Assembly: GCA_002633005.1 (NCBI GenBank)
Contig: NMRA01000001.1
Coordinates: forward strand, 4,813,235 to 4,858,161
From: Phoronis australis
Taxonomy: Eukaryota; Animalia; Phoronida
Length of the DNA: 44,927 nucleotides
Direction of reading: 5' to 3'
The notes under the pieces are model-generated. The model did no database searches, was not told the origin of the DNA, and worked only from the letters and a program-made list of their open reading frames with translations. Of this stretch, positions 24,798 through 38,446 are shown in pieces (within the stretch, counting starts at the first letter, position 1; each line of letters opens with the position of its first letter). Both the position numbers and the translations under genes were made by a program.

Positions 24798-25825
24798 GTA
24801 AGTACAGAGCATTGGAGTCAATATGTTGCTCATAACATATAATCCCCCGCGAGAACAAAATAGTGCGAATATTTCATTAAATGCTTTAAAGGAACATTAC
24901 AATCGCTTTACAAACAATGCAGATTTGGAATTATTGGTGAATAGCATAGTCTTTTTAAAGTAATTAGCTTTGACCGGATCTATGAAACAACAGAATCCTT
25001 TCTCGTTTTGTAATTTTATTACAAATCACCAAGTATCACCTGCCAGATGTTCGCTGAAATCAAAGCAGGGGCCTACTATACTCCGCTCAATGATATATAA
25101 AGCTCATTGACTCTGCTATAGTTGCCACGTGCGATTTCGCGCAGCGTTAAATCGTTCTGTTACCGCTTCCTAAGTTGTGGGTTCGACTTCGTGCTAGCGA
25201 TAATTTCAACGAGATTGTCCATATAAAATATGGAATTGAACACCAACGTAGGGAAATGGCGACGATGTTTTTAATGGTTTTTGGTTTCATCAAGAGCAAT
25301 CGTTGACGATTGAGTTCGCTCAGAGAACGTGAGTCAACCATCAGTGTTCCAATTGTATGTGCATATTCCATGCGCCTGTATCTGACAAATGCAGTTGTTT
25401 AGCATACAAGCGCATGCAATGCTCTTTTAAAAATATCACGGTCTCTCGAGCACAACATTACATTGAGCCCTACCAATACAACTGCTCATATATGTAGCCA
25501 TAAAAATGTAAAATGAGTATCAAAAGTACAGAGCACCTGGACGTCGTCCGCAGGTGGCTTGGGTGTACAAAACGCAACTCTCTACAAACCAAAGATAATA
25601 ATAATTCAAAACAAAACTTACAGTTTGCCATTCGTGTACTTGTATTCTCGGATACTTGAACATACGTATTCGTGTACTTATGTATCGACTAGATAAAGCC
25701 AATTGTTTATGTACACTAAACGCCACTCGAAAATTATGAACATATACCTACATTTGATTTTATATCATTGTATGTGCGCCCTTCTGCCTAGATATATTTA
25801 TAACAGCAGTACTGATGTGTTCCAG

Positions 25826-26118
25826 TGAGAAGACCCTGTCGCAAACCCAAGTGCCCCAAGTGGTGCCCCTTCGGTGTACACTACCCTGTTTACTATGGCT
25901 GCAGGGTGTGCAGATGTCGACCTCGCCCAATCTGTAGGCGTCCCAAATGCCCCAAACGGTGTCGCTATGGTTACGCATACTACTCTTGCAGGAGGTGCAA
26001 GTGTTGCAAATGCAGGTCCAGACCCAGGTGCCCGCCAGTCAAATACTGTCGACCAGGATGTTACGTCATCAAAGTAAAAGGTTGCAACAAATGCTGGTGC
26101 GTCCCACGTCCTTGGTAG
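25826..26118 (+). CDS. Paralog A exon 4: three cationic antistasin-like Cys repeats, stop
   Basis: gtgttccag| acceptor (phase 1). Repeats follow C-x4-C-x3-C-xxG...C-xx-C-x-C, ending in TAG. The four exons total 930 nt (309 aa). Confidence 0.85.
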
Positions 26119-26188
26119 CGCAACTGAAACAATGACAGTTTATCGTCACTTTCATACATGCAGTTTTGACTTTTGTGCAACTGAAACC

Positions 26189-26194
26189 AATAAA
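26189..26194 (+). promoter_or_regulatory. Probable polyadenylation signal of paralog A
   Basis: AATAAA 70 nt after the stop codon. Confidence 0.55.
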
Positions 26195-29100
26195 TTTAAA
26201 TTGCATAATCTGTACACTTGTTGCTTGAGAACCTTGTTCATGTAGTGCCGCCCGTACTGCAGGCCTGTGCGACCCTCCACTGACACTAGTGCAGAACACA
26301 ATAGTCAGCATGCTGATGTCTTCCATCGTTACTGAACGAATAACCTGTGTAGGCACTATGAAGGCATTTTCATCAAGTGAAGTAGGCATTATGTGCTGAT
26401 AAAACGACACTGGTGCAAAATCGTAAGGCCCTTTTATACTAACTTCGGTCGTTCGACGATAACAGCGCCAGTAAACTTCGCAGTAAGCGGCACATGTGGA
26501 TTTAACAGCTAAGCGTCGACGCTGCGGTGCAGTATGAAGGATCATCTTCTGTCCCATCGAAGTTATCGCCAGGGGCCACTGTCATCGCCGACAAGTAAAG
26601 GGCAATGTCGTCGCTGATAGTTGCTTATATTTTGCTCAAATAATCACCAATCGAATTAGAAATAAGTTTTATGTCAATTAGCACACGTACTTCCCAAATT
26701 GTTACATTAAAAAATTTTAGCGTGCGCGCGAAGCATCAGCGTTACCTTGCGATTTCTTCGGTGACAACAGCGTCACATGCCGTTTACTTCGATGTACGTT
26801 AACTACCGAAACTGGTACGAAGGGTTCAGTAAACTTGGCAGTTTACGTCGACGATCCGTTCAGACCGAAGATAAGTCAATATGAAAGGGCGTTTAGAAAT
26901 GTCGGCAGCTTGCGTCTACTATGCAAAAGAACACAAGCGATGGGTGCATGCAAATTTCCAAAAACCAGCCAGCTATGTAGCTGAAATTGGCAGCAGTAAA
27001 CTAGGGATCAGCTCTCGAAAGCGATCTTCGTTCTGTCCACCCAAAATTATAATTTGCGATCATCTACACAGGAAAATTTTATCTCTGTCTAACGTCCAGT
27101 CCGAAACTTTTTGTAACTCTTGCATTTGACCGACACTCACCATGTCCTGCGGGCTATTAAAAGAAACATAATGAAAGAATTATCAGTCACGTGCACAAGA
27201 AGTCGGTCATCGACTTGATAGCAAACTAGTCGTGACAAGCGGTTACTGGGAATTTCCAATATATGCTAGCGTCCATCACACACAGAAAAAAAAACAAATA
27301 CGGGAGCTGTTTGGAAAAGAAGTAAGAAATAGAACCCATGGGCGATTTTTAGGTAACAGTAAATGACAGTAAAGAAAAGCTGTCGCCCTAGGCGCAGGAA
27401 ATCTCCGGTATTAACAAAACACGTAAAGCAGGAGCTAGTGACAACTTTGCCTGCAGCCGAAATGACCAGGAATTCAGTTTCTAGAGCGTGCTTAAAATTC
27501 CACGAAATGTAACCAATTCGAAAAAATTGTTGCGTACTGACATAATCTTGTGAAGAAAGGACTTCACTGAAGAAACAACCGGCTCAAAGCTAACACATAC
27601 GACCGCTCCACAAACTTAGCTACAAATTTACGGAAAGTAGCTTCATCATTGTCTTAATATCAGCTTCATTTTTAATGAGACATTCATTGTTGATAATGTA
27701 TTGGTTGCAAAGTCGATATCAAGACTCATCTGAAGTGATTCCAGTGAAGGTAAGCTTTCATCTCTTACTATGCAACACGCCGACGCGACTCGAGAGATCG
27801 CACGGTCAGTCACGCACCCTCGTGTTTCAATAACAGGCCACGTGCATGCATTGATTGCTGTCTTTATCATCTGATATACCCACCTTATTTGGAATCGTAA
27901 ATACATGAACGCACCAAAAAGTCCTTGAATTGTTACCACTTAGGTTGGCGAACTCCACTCGAGCGGCTGGGCTACCAGATGAGATCCATGTTATCAGAAA
28001 AAGAGATGTTATGCTGTTGAAGTCACGTTTTGCATTGAATGGGCATGCATAAATTTTAAGATTTAATGTCCCGAGGCAATATCCTCACCAGGCGATTTCA
28101 ACAACGAGCACCTAAACCGTTCGGTGACGCTCAGAGTAACACACTTGACTAATCCGACATAACCAACCAGAGTTGTGCTGTCACTGACCACTAACCGCCG
28201 ACTTTCAAAGTGTTGTCTTGTAACGTAATAGGAGACCTAGTAACAAGTTTTCCCGTGCAAAATAAAATTTGGAAAATATTTAGTCACTATAACACAGTCT
28301 TAAATTTATTAATAACATTCTTCAACATTTTGTGTCATCAAAGTGACATTGATTACCTTGCTAGTAGGGGACTTAGTCTCGTTACAGCCTCCAGTGCGCA
28401 GTCGACGTCGTATAAGCCATATTACGGTCAAGTTCTTGACTGTGATGACGTCTTTTTGGACAGTCGCGTGAGTTGACCAGCCTGATAGTTGTCGTTAACT
28501 TACAAATGCTGCAGCGAATACACAAAACACCGTTTGTGTGTTATTATTCTGCACAAAATGAATTGCAAGTTCAAGTATCCTTTAAACTGCAAATGTAGGA
28601 TAAGGTTTGCCGGCATGAGCGCTGGGCATTTGGTGCAAACCATAGACACGTAGTAGAATACACATTAACACCAGTACCGACTAGCGGAGAATGATTTTAC
28701 TTTAATGCATCTGAGTGTTGCCGAAACCCGGAGGACACCAAAGTACATTTGAAGAAAAAAACAATATGTGCCTTGTTGAGAAGGGCAGCCCTCATTGCAA
28801 ACATACTTGACGTTACTTTTACGACCTATCATGAGCCAAACTAAATGTGAACCATCTAATCCGCCTGTGCTAGCAGTTGTAGTCGTTAGCAACCACTAGA
28901 TGACACCCGCTTCGTTGACGTCGGACACGGTGGCTATTAAGATATCGTACAATTAAAGTATATGACATTTTACGAGTCCCCAAACACAAACAAATATTCG
29001 TATACGCCCCTTTGGCTCGAAAAACCGTACCAGAACACAACATTCCGAGTTGTATACGACAGTTGATTACAAACGACTAGGCTTAAAAATCGCAGTGTGC

Positions 29101-30149
29101 AGACAAGGCTGAACACAGACATTGCACCAGATGCGCTAAAGTTGGACTCTAATGTTAAGGCGTTAAACATGTATTGTCGCTGCAAGACAAAATCAATAGC
29201 ATTGCCAACGCAATTAGCCCGAGAGATGCAATCACAGTGCGTCACTGAAAAATCTAAGGGAGGTGCACTGTTATATAAATATCCTTGCTACGATTAAAAG
29301 ATATTACTGTTTTATACTCACTTGTTGTAAATATGCTCCTCCTCGGTCATTATCACATTTTTGAGGTCTGTAAAGCACATTACTGACCTTGTAATATTCC
29401 AACAGTAACTAAATTATATCGTATTTCTAGATAAAAAAGAAATGGGAAAAGAAAATTTTTATAGGGACAATTATTTCCCGCTTGAGTTCATTCAGCGGCA
29501 GAGAGAATGGCTGTTTTTGAAAAAAAGAAGTCCTAATAGGGTTATCCTAAAAAGCCCCCGTTGAGTAATTGAGCGACTGTATGGAAAACAGCGAAATCCC
29601 AACAAAAGTTTTTTTGTTTTCTTTAACTTTCAACATTAAGATTTACAATGAATAAGACTGTCAAAAATCGCATTGTCCAGGAGCAGGTTGCATAAAACAG
29701 GATAGGAGGATCCAGGGCAGGGGTTCAAGAGGTCTGGTGGTTCCCCATTTTTACCAATAGCGGCAAACAAAAACCACAGGGAAAATGAACAACTTCTATT
29801 TTCTACTTCTTAGTCCTAAATTAGGATCGTTTCGTGAAAATTTTTTCATTAATACTAAGAGTTTAACCAAAAGTTTACACCCGGTGTTCGTCAAAGCTAA
29901 AAATTGAATTGGTAATGGAAATAAAATATCGAAATGAATCGGTGTTTGAACAAATCCAGACATGTGGCGAAAACACAGAAGTCTTTGGAATACATTTCTT
30001 GCATACCGAATCTTGTTTTATAAAATTGTGTTACACAACAAGACACTGGGGGTAAAGTTTTTTGCGACAACTTCACTCGAAAACACGAATTTTGTTTTGA
30101 ATATTTTTTAAGATCCTGACGCATGTCGGAGAGCGGTAACAAAATGAAT

Positions 30150-31370
30150 TTATCTTCTTATGATCCTGCCAGCAACATCAAGAGAAGAATTTTATCTATT
30201 AGAATGTTTGTTCTTCAAGTTTATTTGGCAGCGTAAACCTGACCGAAATTGTTAAGAATTTAGAGCATGGTGGTTGCAAAATGATTCATATTGAATCTTT
30301 TTTTAAATTACCGAAATTGTCTTGGTTTAGAAGATTATTAGATGGTTATGATGACAATTGGAAACACCTGTTGCTGCATCATAATCTGTTGAGAACGTGT
30401 AACTCTTTACTTTTTGGAGATGCGTTTTATAGCACTTGAGCAGAAGACATTAAGAATGTATTTTGGTCTGAGCCCTCTTTACATATGTAGCATATACTAT
30501 GCGTTTGTACGGTGATGACTTCTGTTACACTCCAGTCTGATACAACAGCAGCGTATTAATATATAACAATATAATTTTTTATATCCAGTTGTTTAAAAAG
30601 TATTACTCATGATTGTAATTTGTTAGATATTGATGGAAGATTTAGGACTTATCAGTCCTTTTGTATTAGGTATGGCTTTTCTCCACCTTTCACATCGTTT
30701 TATGGTTTCAAGAAGACAATTTGTAAATGGAAAAAAGGATCCCAGGCAATGTCCTTTCATGTTAATCTCCGAAATATGCGAGTTGTACTTGTAAGTTTAG
30801 CGAAAAAACAAACATATTCTCACTTAATTAATTCTATTTATACAAAGCCAAAACATGAACGTAAGTGGGAAACTAACCTTGGTATTGATGCATCTCCTGA
30901 TTGGTGGAGAAAGCCGTATACTTATTCGTTACAAATTACTGTTGATACTAGACGGTTTCAGATTAGTTTTATACATCGGTTAACACCAACAGAAGATTGA
31001 AGTTAAAGATACAGATCTATGTACATTTTGTGAAATAGTGTCAGAGAACATTACCCATCTGTATTGGAACTGTGATTTAACAAAGATTTTTTGTATTCCA
31101 GTTGATGACTGGATCATGAACAAAACCGGAAACTCGTCACAGCTTTCAAATTAAGATACATTTCTTGGACAGATTGAGGGAAAAGACGTAATTAATCTAA
31201 TTGAATGTTAAGGAAAATTTCATATTTATCGGCAACGTCTTAAAAACACCATTACTAATTTGACATACTTCAAAAGAGAAGTCGTTCTATTTTTTCAAAA
31301 TTGAAAAATATTTGTTTTAAATAATCTACAATTTGAAGATTTTAAGAACAGATGGCCCCTTATGGAAATT
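30150..31370 (+). mobile_element. Decayed L1/Tx1-like LINE ORF2 C-terminal part
   Basis: LLDIDGRFRTYQSF...KWETNLGI...RFQISFIHR, then LCTFCEIVSENITHLYWNC (zf-RVT-like), with stops and frameshifts. Confidence 0.8.
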
Positions 31371-32688
31371 TTATTTTGTGGCAGTTTGTTTTTGAGTTGC
31401 AAATGACCCCCACCACAAGTGTGCACGTCTCTATGTATGCGGCTACCATGTATGCATGTTTTCTCTTCATTTTCACATTGAGTAAAAAGTATTAAGTTTA
31501 ATTTTAAAAAACGCATATGTAATTTCCAAAGGGACAACAAAACAACTGTTTATAATTTGAAAAAAATCAAACCCGGAAAAGCGTAACACTCCTCTATTTC
31601 CTTAACCTGATTTCCTTTTTACAAAAATTTAAGGGAGGCATGGAACGCGAAAGTTCGTTAAAATATATCTTTTAAACAATTCCTGACGAACGTACCATCT
31701 CGCAGCGTCTAGTACAGATTAATTCACTTTCCCCTGTGAGGAAATTCCCAGAAAAAAAACAAAATTCACGAGTTTTGAAGTACGCGCAAAGAAATAATTG
31801 TGGTTACCACAGAGTTTCTAATCTCCCTCTCACTAATAATAAATGCGTGCATGCGCTCATAGTCAGTTGAAGTCAAAGGTAACATTTTCCTTATCAGGGA
31901 AATGTGCTATGTCTATGTCTTACCATACCAAATAAGGAGACGTGCTTTGCCTTCAACATAGAGGCGAGCAGTTGACAGATCGTTTTTTTGAAATTTGAAA
32001 CTAAAAAATCATGCCTTAATATCAACAGAAATTAAAAATCTTTACGAACAAACCCCAGAAATACCTTGTAAGTAGGTTGAATTCTGTTTCAGTGACCGAG
32101 AATCACTTTGAATATTGCAATTTAGTATGTTAATCGCGTTCTAGGCGTCTTCAAATATTTTTTAATTTTGTAAAGTCATGCAAAAATGTCCCATAAAACG
32201 CGCACCGTTGTGTTTCTTCATTGCTAAATTAGCGCATTATTGCGATTCGTCTGACCATGAAACTTGTCAGTGTCGGCTGGAAATATTGCAAACACTTACA
32301 ATTAACTTCTCTCATGTAGATCGTTGGTTTACTGATCAATTGATTCATATGTTCACCAGAGGTCAGAATTCTAAAAGTTGACTAAATGATAACCGTGGAT
32401 GCCAGTGAAACAATCAAAAGACAACTGTCCAACATTACACCAGGGAGGGCTGCAAGGGTCACTGGATCAACACATTATGATTTCTTATTTCCAAAAAACG
32501 AAAAATCCTCTTCGAAGCATTGAAGCTTCCAAAGGGAAATTCCTGGTATGTTTCAAAATCCTTAAACATATCAACTAATTCACAAAGGCCTTAAGGAAAA
32601 AAGGTCACCTAGAGAAATGCAGTGCTTTGTTGACCCTATTTCTTATGCCTAGTTTAGTAAAAAAATTACCGACGTTCACTTTAGGCGA

Positions 32689-33800
32689 TAGTCCATTCAG
32701 ATTAGGAAATCACGTCCTTGGCTATTTTTGGGGGTCAATATAATTTTGGTGGTTTTAGTGTCATTAAGTGGTATACTTTTAGAATCGAAAAACGGGCCCA
32801 AGGCTTGGCTTGCACGTTTTCGAGAAATTTGACCAAAAATGACATTTTGCAACATTTGGCACAGAAAAACATTCTTTAAAACCAACAACACTGAGCAAAA
32901 ACTAAATGATTATTTAATTTGGTTTTGTTCATTTGAAGTCACTAGACAAGAAAAGTGATAAATATTTTGAAATTAGTGGGACAAAAAGAGTTGAAAAGAA
33001 AAATAAATATTTTAGCAGCGTCTCCTGTTGGCCAAAAATACATTATTGTAGTACGAGCTCAAAAGGACAGCATTTTTAACCATTTTGAAATTGATGAAGA
33101 TTTTATATTCAAATCAAATTGTGAATAACTTAACATTTCCAATGCTTCTTCGTTGAATTGGCCATCATCACTTTCACAGTCAAAATTCTCATTATCCACA
33201 TAGCCTCTGATCGTCAACCAGCGCGGGGAGGAGTCACTGAATACAGTTCTGACAGTAGCACACAACACACAATGAGCACCACAGAATGTTGGTAACATTT
33301 TCCATAATGTTACAATTTTTAAAATCTTTAGCAACACAGCAACACATTTATCAAGTGCTTCATCAAAATCATCATCATAGTCAGTAAAAATTTTTGAGAC
33401 ACCATATTACTCACTCACACAGCTCGGAACATGGCATGTCTGACTTCAACCAAGAGCAGATCTTTGCACCAGCCGCTTTTTCATATTTATATTTGCAGTT
33501 AACATTTATCATGACTTGTTCTGGGGCTAATGGCAGAGTTATCCAGTGAAATTTCATATTACCGTGTTCAAATTCTAACCACTACATTTTTAACATGGTG
33601 TAAAATTAGGCATGAAAGTTAGTGATAAGCAGAACTGACCACTTACAGATTAGTAAAAACTGCCACCAATGATTTCAGTTGAGTTAGGGACAGCCAATTG
33701 AGTGCAAATTTCCACTAATTAGGGACAAGCTCAGACCTCAAGCAAAAAATTCAATTTTTGGATGTCCAAACAAGAGATTTTTAACCGTAATTCATAGCTT
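32689..33800 (-). mobile_element. Relic of an Academ-like DNA transposon (C-terminal Cys8/CXC finger and terminus)
   Basis: The - strand at ~33410-33585 reads FHWITLPLAPEQVMINVNCKYK...ICSWLKSDMPCSELCE*, a decayed W..LP.AP...CxC...CSC...CxxLCxC pattern, followed by acidic tracts. A TAG-starting putative terminus lies at 32689. Confidence 0.5.
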
Positions 33801-34845
33801 ATTCAACTAAGGTACTGATCGGTCGATGTTTCAACGTCCGAAAACTTTTCATAATAAATTGTATTTCTTTTTCTTTGTTTGGTTGTCTGTAAATTGTAGC
33901 CCACACCGTTTTTTGGCAACTAACGCATTCTTAAGGCAGTACACGCCTCTTTCTTTGAGCACTGTTAAGCGGAACTCACAAATTCCTTGGTATTCTACTA
34001 CTAGTACTAGGCTCTACCTCAGCTCAATGTTTCTTTGATCAGCTTTCAAGATATTTTTTCCTTGTGTAAGAGATCTTTCAATTTTCGTTACACAGGTGAA
34101 TTTCTGTAAGACTGACTGTTGGCACCTAGTGGCAAGCAAAATATTTGATTCTTGTTTTTTTCCAGCTTTTAAACTAAAATTCTTACTAAACGTGCAAGTG
34201 TATTCCTGGGAACTTTGCTGAAAGTGATTTTTGAGTGTCTGAAGAAGGACTTGTTTCAAAGTTACCGTTGCCCCCCTGAAGTAGCCATGGGCGTGAAAGA
34301 TACAGCTGGAACTATGAGCCTACATTCACGCCCCAATAACTTTGCACTTATTACATTCGAGCACATGATTTATAAAGAGACGTGACAATCATCAAAATGG
34401 TCATAATGAGCGAGTCGTGAATTAGAATGACATTTGATAAGCAAAAAAGTTAACAGATGTCATTTTCATGGAACGTTTCGAATTTCCTATGTGTACGGCG
34501 ACACCTGAACAGATAGAAAAAAACAACATTTATCACAAACTACACCTAACATCAAACGGTGTTACCTGTAACAGTTGAAGATAACACGGACAATTACATA
34601 ATTATACGATGTAGAAATACATCTGAAAATATGATAAAAAGTAAGCCCAATGTACAAAAGGCATCAATCTAATAATCAAAAACAAAAGCACTTTTCTGGT
34701 GACGACTAATCCCGTAAGGTCACACACCCTCGTTCGGATCAATGTCATGGTTACAGAATCGTTTAAATACCAGATGGTCTGAGCAGGACGTTCATATGCT
34801 CTGTGCAAAGCGTTCATCTGCAGCTGTTGCGGACGCACTGAAACA

Positions 34846-34857
34846 ATGAAGCTTAAG
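34846..34857 (+). CDS. Paralog B exon 1 (MKLK), copy in first duplicate
   Basis: acaATGAAGCTTAAG|gtaaag. Confidence 0.65.
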
Positions 34858-36700
34858 GTAAAGTTCACAATCTCACAGAGTAACAGAATCAAATCTGATC
34901 TCCGGCCCGTGAACGAAGCAATTCGCTTATCCGCAAACTTGTTCTCTTTTACAAAGTTCACACAAGTCCATGAAAATATTGTGTGTTAACTGCTGATAGC
35001 AAAGCTTTTTTTTCCGGATGACGTCAGATCATTGCACAGCAAGCGGGCCGATAACGTACTGTATAAGCTTACCTGGGCCTGTACCAGAGTCTTTTCTGGC
35101 TTTAGACGAGGGGTCACGATGAGTATTAGTGGTGGAATCGTATGTTTAATCAGTAACCGTTTCAAATCCAAGACTCGATTCTGAATCGATTTTGAGTGAA
35201 ACTGCCACTGGGTACTGAAAATGCTCAGTTTTCGCCATGGAAGGTTATCGCGGGCCCAGATCCAAACACGGAGGCTCTGTTTCTGTGTAGAGCTACAGAT
35301 GGTGCTGCCCTACGCGTCTGAAAGAATTGTTTAGCAATGCTAGATTTGTTTGCCGCCGTGGAGACAGGCTCATTTACGTGCATTTTCATTTTTAACGAGA
35401 CCGCGTGATCGATTTTACTGTCTTGGAGTCAACTACGATTCGATGCTCATCTTTAGCGACGATGTCGGCGCGCAAGGCGTCCAATTGTTGGCAACGATAA
35501 GGATGACTATCCAACATGTAAATTACTCGCTGCTTTTACTGTTTCCAAGTATGAAGAGCTGGCTTTAGAAAAAAAATTGAAGATTGTTACGATAAGTTTA
35601 TATTACTAATCACTTAAACTAGCGACTATGCATTACCAATCGAAAATAAAGTAGGTCTGTTACCAGATGATATTGAATAATTTTGAAAAGTTGCACCTTT
35701 CGGGAGAATCGCAGTAATCTGCAGTATGAAAAATTGTGTACCTTATTACATCCTTGCACAGNGTAGCCCACATCGTTTTTGGCAACTAACGCATTCTTAA
35801 GGCAGTACACGCCTCTTTCTTTGAGCACTGTTAAACGGAACTCACAAATTCCTTGGTATTCTACTACTAGTACTAGGCTCTCCCTCAACTGAATGTTTCT
35901 TTGATCAGCTTTCAAGATATTTTTTCCTTGTGTAAGAGATCTTTCAATTTTCGTTACACAGGTGAATTTCTGTAAGACTGACTGTTGGCACCTAGTGGCA
36001 AGCAAATTATTTGATTCTTGTTTTTTCCAGCTTTGAAACTAAAATTCTTACTAAACGTGCAAGTGTATTCCTGGAAACTTTGCTGAAAGTGATTTTTGAG
36101 TGTCTGAAGGACTTGTTTCAAAGTTACCATTGCCCCCCTGAAGTAGCCATGGACGTGAAAGATACAGCTGGAACTATGTGCCTACATTCACGCCCCAATA
36201 ACTTTGCACTTATTGCATTCGAGCACATGATTTATAAAGAGACGTGACAATCAAAATGGTCATAATGAGCGAGTCGTGAATTAGGATGACATTTGATAAG
36301 CAAAAAAGTTAACAGATGTCTTTTTCATGGAACGTTTCGAATTTCCTATGTGTACGGCGACACCTGAACAGATAGAAAAAAACAACATTTATCACAAACT
36401 ACACCTAACATCAAACGGTGTTACCTGTGGCAGTTGAAGATGACACGGACAATTACATATACGATGTAGAAATACATCTGAAAATATGATAAAAAGTAAG
36501 CCCAATGTACAAAAGGCATCAATCTAATAATTAAAAACAAAGGCACTTTTCTGGTGACGACTAATCTCGTAAGGTCAGACACCGTCGTTCGGATCAATGT
36601 CATGGTTACAGAATCGTTTAAATACCAGATGGTTTGAGCAGGAAGTTCATACGCTCTGTGCAAAGCGTTCATCTGCAGCTGTCACGGACGCACTGAAACA

Positions 36701-36712
36701 ATGAAGCTTAAG
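36701..36712 (+). CDS. Paralog B exon 1 (MKLK), copy in second duplicate
   Basis: acaATGAAGCTTAAG|gtaaag, phase 0, homologous to 21226-21237. Confidence 0.75.
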
Positions 36713-38075
36713 GTAAAGTTCACAATCTCACAGAGTAACAGAATCAAATCTGATCTCTGGCCCGTGTGCGAAGCAATTCGCTTATCCGCAAACTTGTTCT
36801 CTTTTACAAAGTTCACACATGTCCATGAAAATATTGTGTGTTAACTGCTGATAGCAAAGCTTGTTTTTCTGGATGACGTCAGATCATTGCACAGCAAGCG
36901 CGCCGACAACGTACTGTACAAGCTTACCTAGGCTTGTACCAGAGTCTTTTCTGTCTTTAGACGAGGGGTCACGATGAGTATTAGTGGTGGAATCGTATGT
37001 TTAATCAGTAACCGTTTCAAATCCAAGACTCGATTCTGAATCGATTTTGAGTGAAACTGCCACTGGGTACTGAAAATGCTCAGTTTTCGCCATGGAAGGT
37101 TATCGCGGGCCCAGATCCAAACACGGAGGCTCTGTTTCTGTGTAGAGCTACAGATGGTGCTGCCCTACGCGTCTGAAAGAATTGTTTAGCAATGCTAGAT
37201 TTGTTTGCCGCCGTGGAGACAGGCTCATTTACGTGCATTTTCATTTTTAACGAGACCGCGTGATCGATTTTACTGTCTTGGAGTCAACTACGATTCGATG
37301 CTCATCTTTAGCGACGATGTCGGCGCGCAAGGCGTCCAATTGTTGGCAACGATAAGGATGACTATCCAACATGTAAATTACTCGCTGCTTTTACTGTTTC
37401 CAAGTATGAAGAGCTGGCTTTAGAAAAAAAATTGAAGATTGTTACGATAAGTTTATATTACTAATCACTTAAACTAGCGACTATGCATTACCAATCGAAA
37501 ATAAAGTAGGTCTGTTACCAGATGATATTGAATAATTTTGAAAAGTTGCACCTTTCGGGAGAATCGCAGTAATCTGCAGTATGAAAAATTGTGTACCTTA
37601 TTACATCCTTGCACAGCCTTTGGAACACATTTTATATTCCCAGGGTAAATATAACGAAGGAGGGTTTGGAATAAAAAAGTATGCACTTTCTGTAGGCATT
37701 GAATATTAAAGAGACATTATCGTTTTTACGGCCGAAAACTCATTTTTGGGTTACTGTCTTATGGGAAAGACTTTTTAAGCATGAAAATAGCAAAATCCGT
37801 GGTATTCTGTGATTTTATTGGAAATCACAGTTGTCTGCCAGACATTCGCTGAAATCAAGGGTGGTGATTTTACCACCTAGATAGGTTTATAATACTTTAT
37901 TTTTCGATTGGGATTTAGAACCGCTAGCGGCGCATTTGACTGCGTTTGAGGTTCCAAACCGCGTAGGGGCTGGTTGCAGAAGACCACTTGTGTATATCTA
38001 GTGATTGGAGCACAGGTCAATACAACGTACAACTTCGTTCAACCGACTCGGACAACAGTGTTCTGTATGTTACAG

Positions 38076-38446
38076 TCTATTGTCGGGCTACTAACCTTCG
38101 CGCTCATCTCGATTTTGGCCATCGCTAAAGAGCCCAGGCAACTAGATGCGGCGAGTGAAGACGCATGGCAAGAACTAGATGAACGCAGCGAGGAAATGGC
38201 GCAAGAGAGAATGGAGGGGACAGAAGATGACGAAGAGGCGGATGAGGAAGATCGAGGTTTAGAGGAAGAAGAAGGCGAAGAAGCGGATATTGACGAAAGA
38301 AGCAAAGATGCCAATGAGGAAGACGTTGAAAAAAGACAGAATTGGAGCAAGACGAGAGGATGTCACACCAAAGTTTTCAAAACATTCGAATACAGAGGAT
38401 TCAGATACAAATATCCGATCAGGAGTGTTGCATGTGAACATGAAAA
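38076..38446 (+). CDS. Paralog B exon 2: signal peptide, acidic propeptide, first half of cystine-knot-like domain
   Basis: tgttacag| acceptor, SIVGLLTFALISILAIA, DER/EDR/EKR sites, CHTKVFKTFEYRGFRYKYPIRSVAC, and donor AA|gtaagc at the same position as in paralog A. Confidence 0.85.

Larger units (their letters stand above)
33896..37616. repeat. Tandem ~1.86-kb duplication joined by a single N (33896-35761 / 35763-37616), containing the promoter and exon 1 of paralog B
   Basis: Both copies run gtagcccaca...ccttgcacag, with the N at 35762. SNPs and indels cluster in the first ~1.2 kb and the last ~0.65 kb looks identical. Confidence 0.9.

Noticed and set aside
24588-24842. ORF MSPKAQLSG... 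(and 39006-39191 in paralog B) as a small membrane protein
   Set aside because: It is an alternative frame of exon 3; the Cys-rich frame has matching splice phases and stronger A/B conservation.
26069-26557. 162-aa minus-strand ORF as a gene
   Set aside because: No recognisable motif, it overlaps the 3' end of paralog A, and there is no supporting exon structure.
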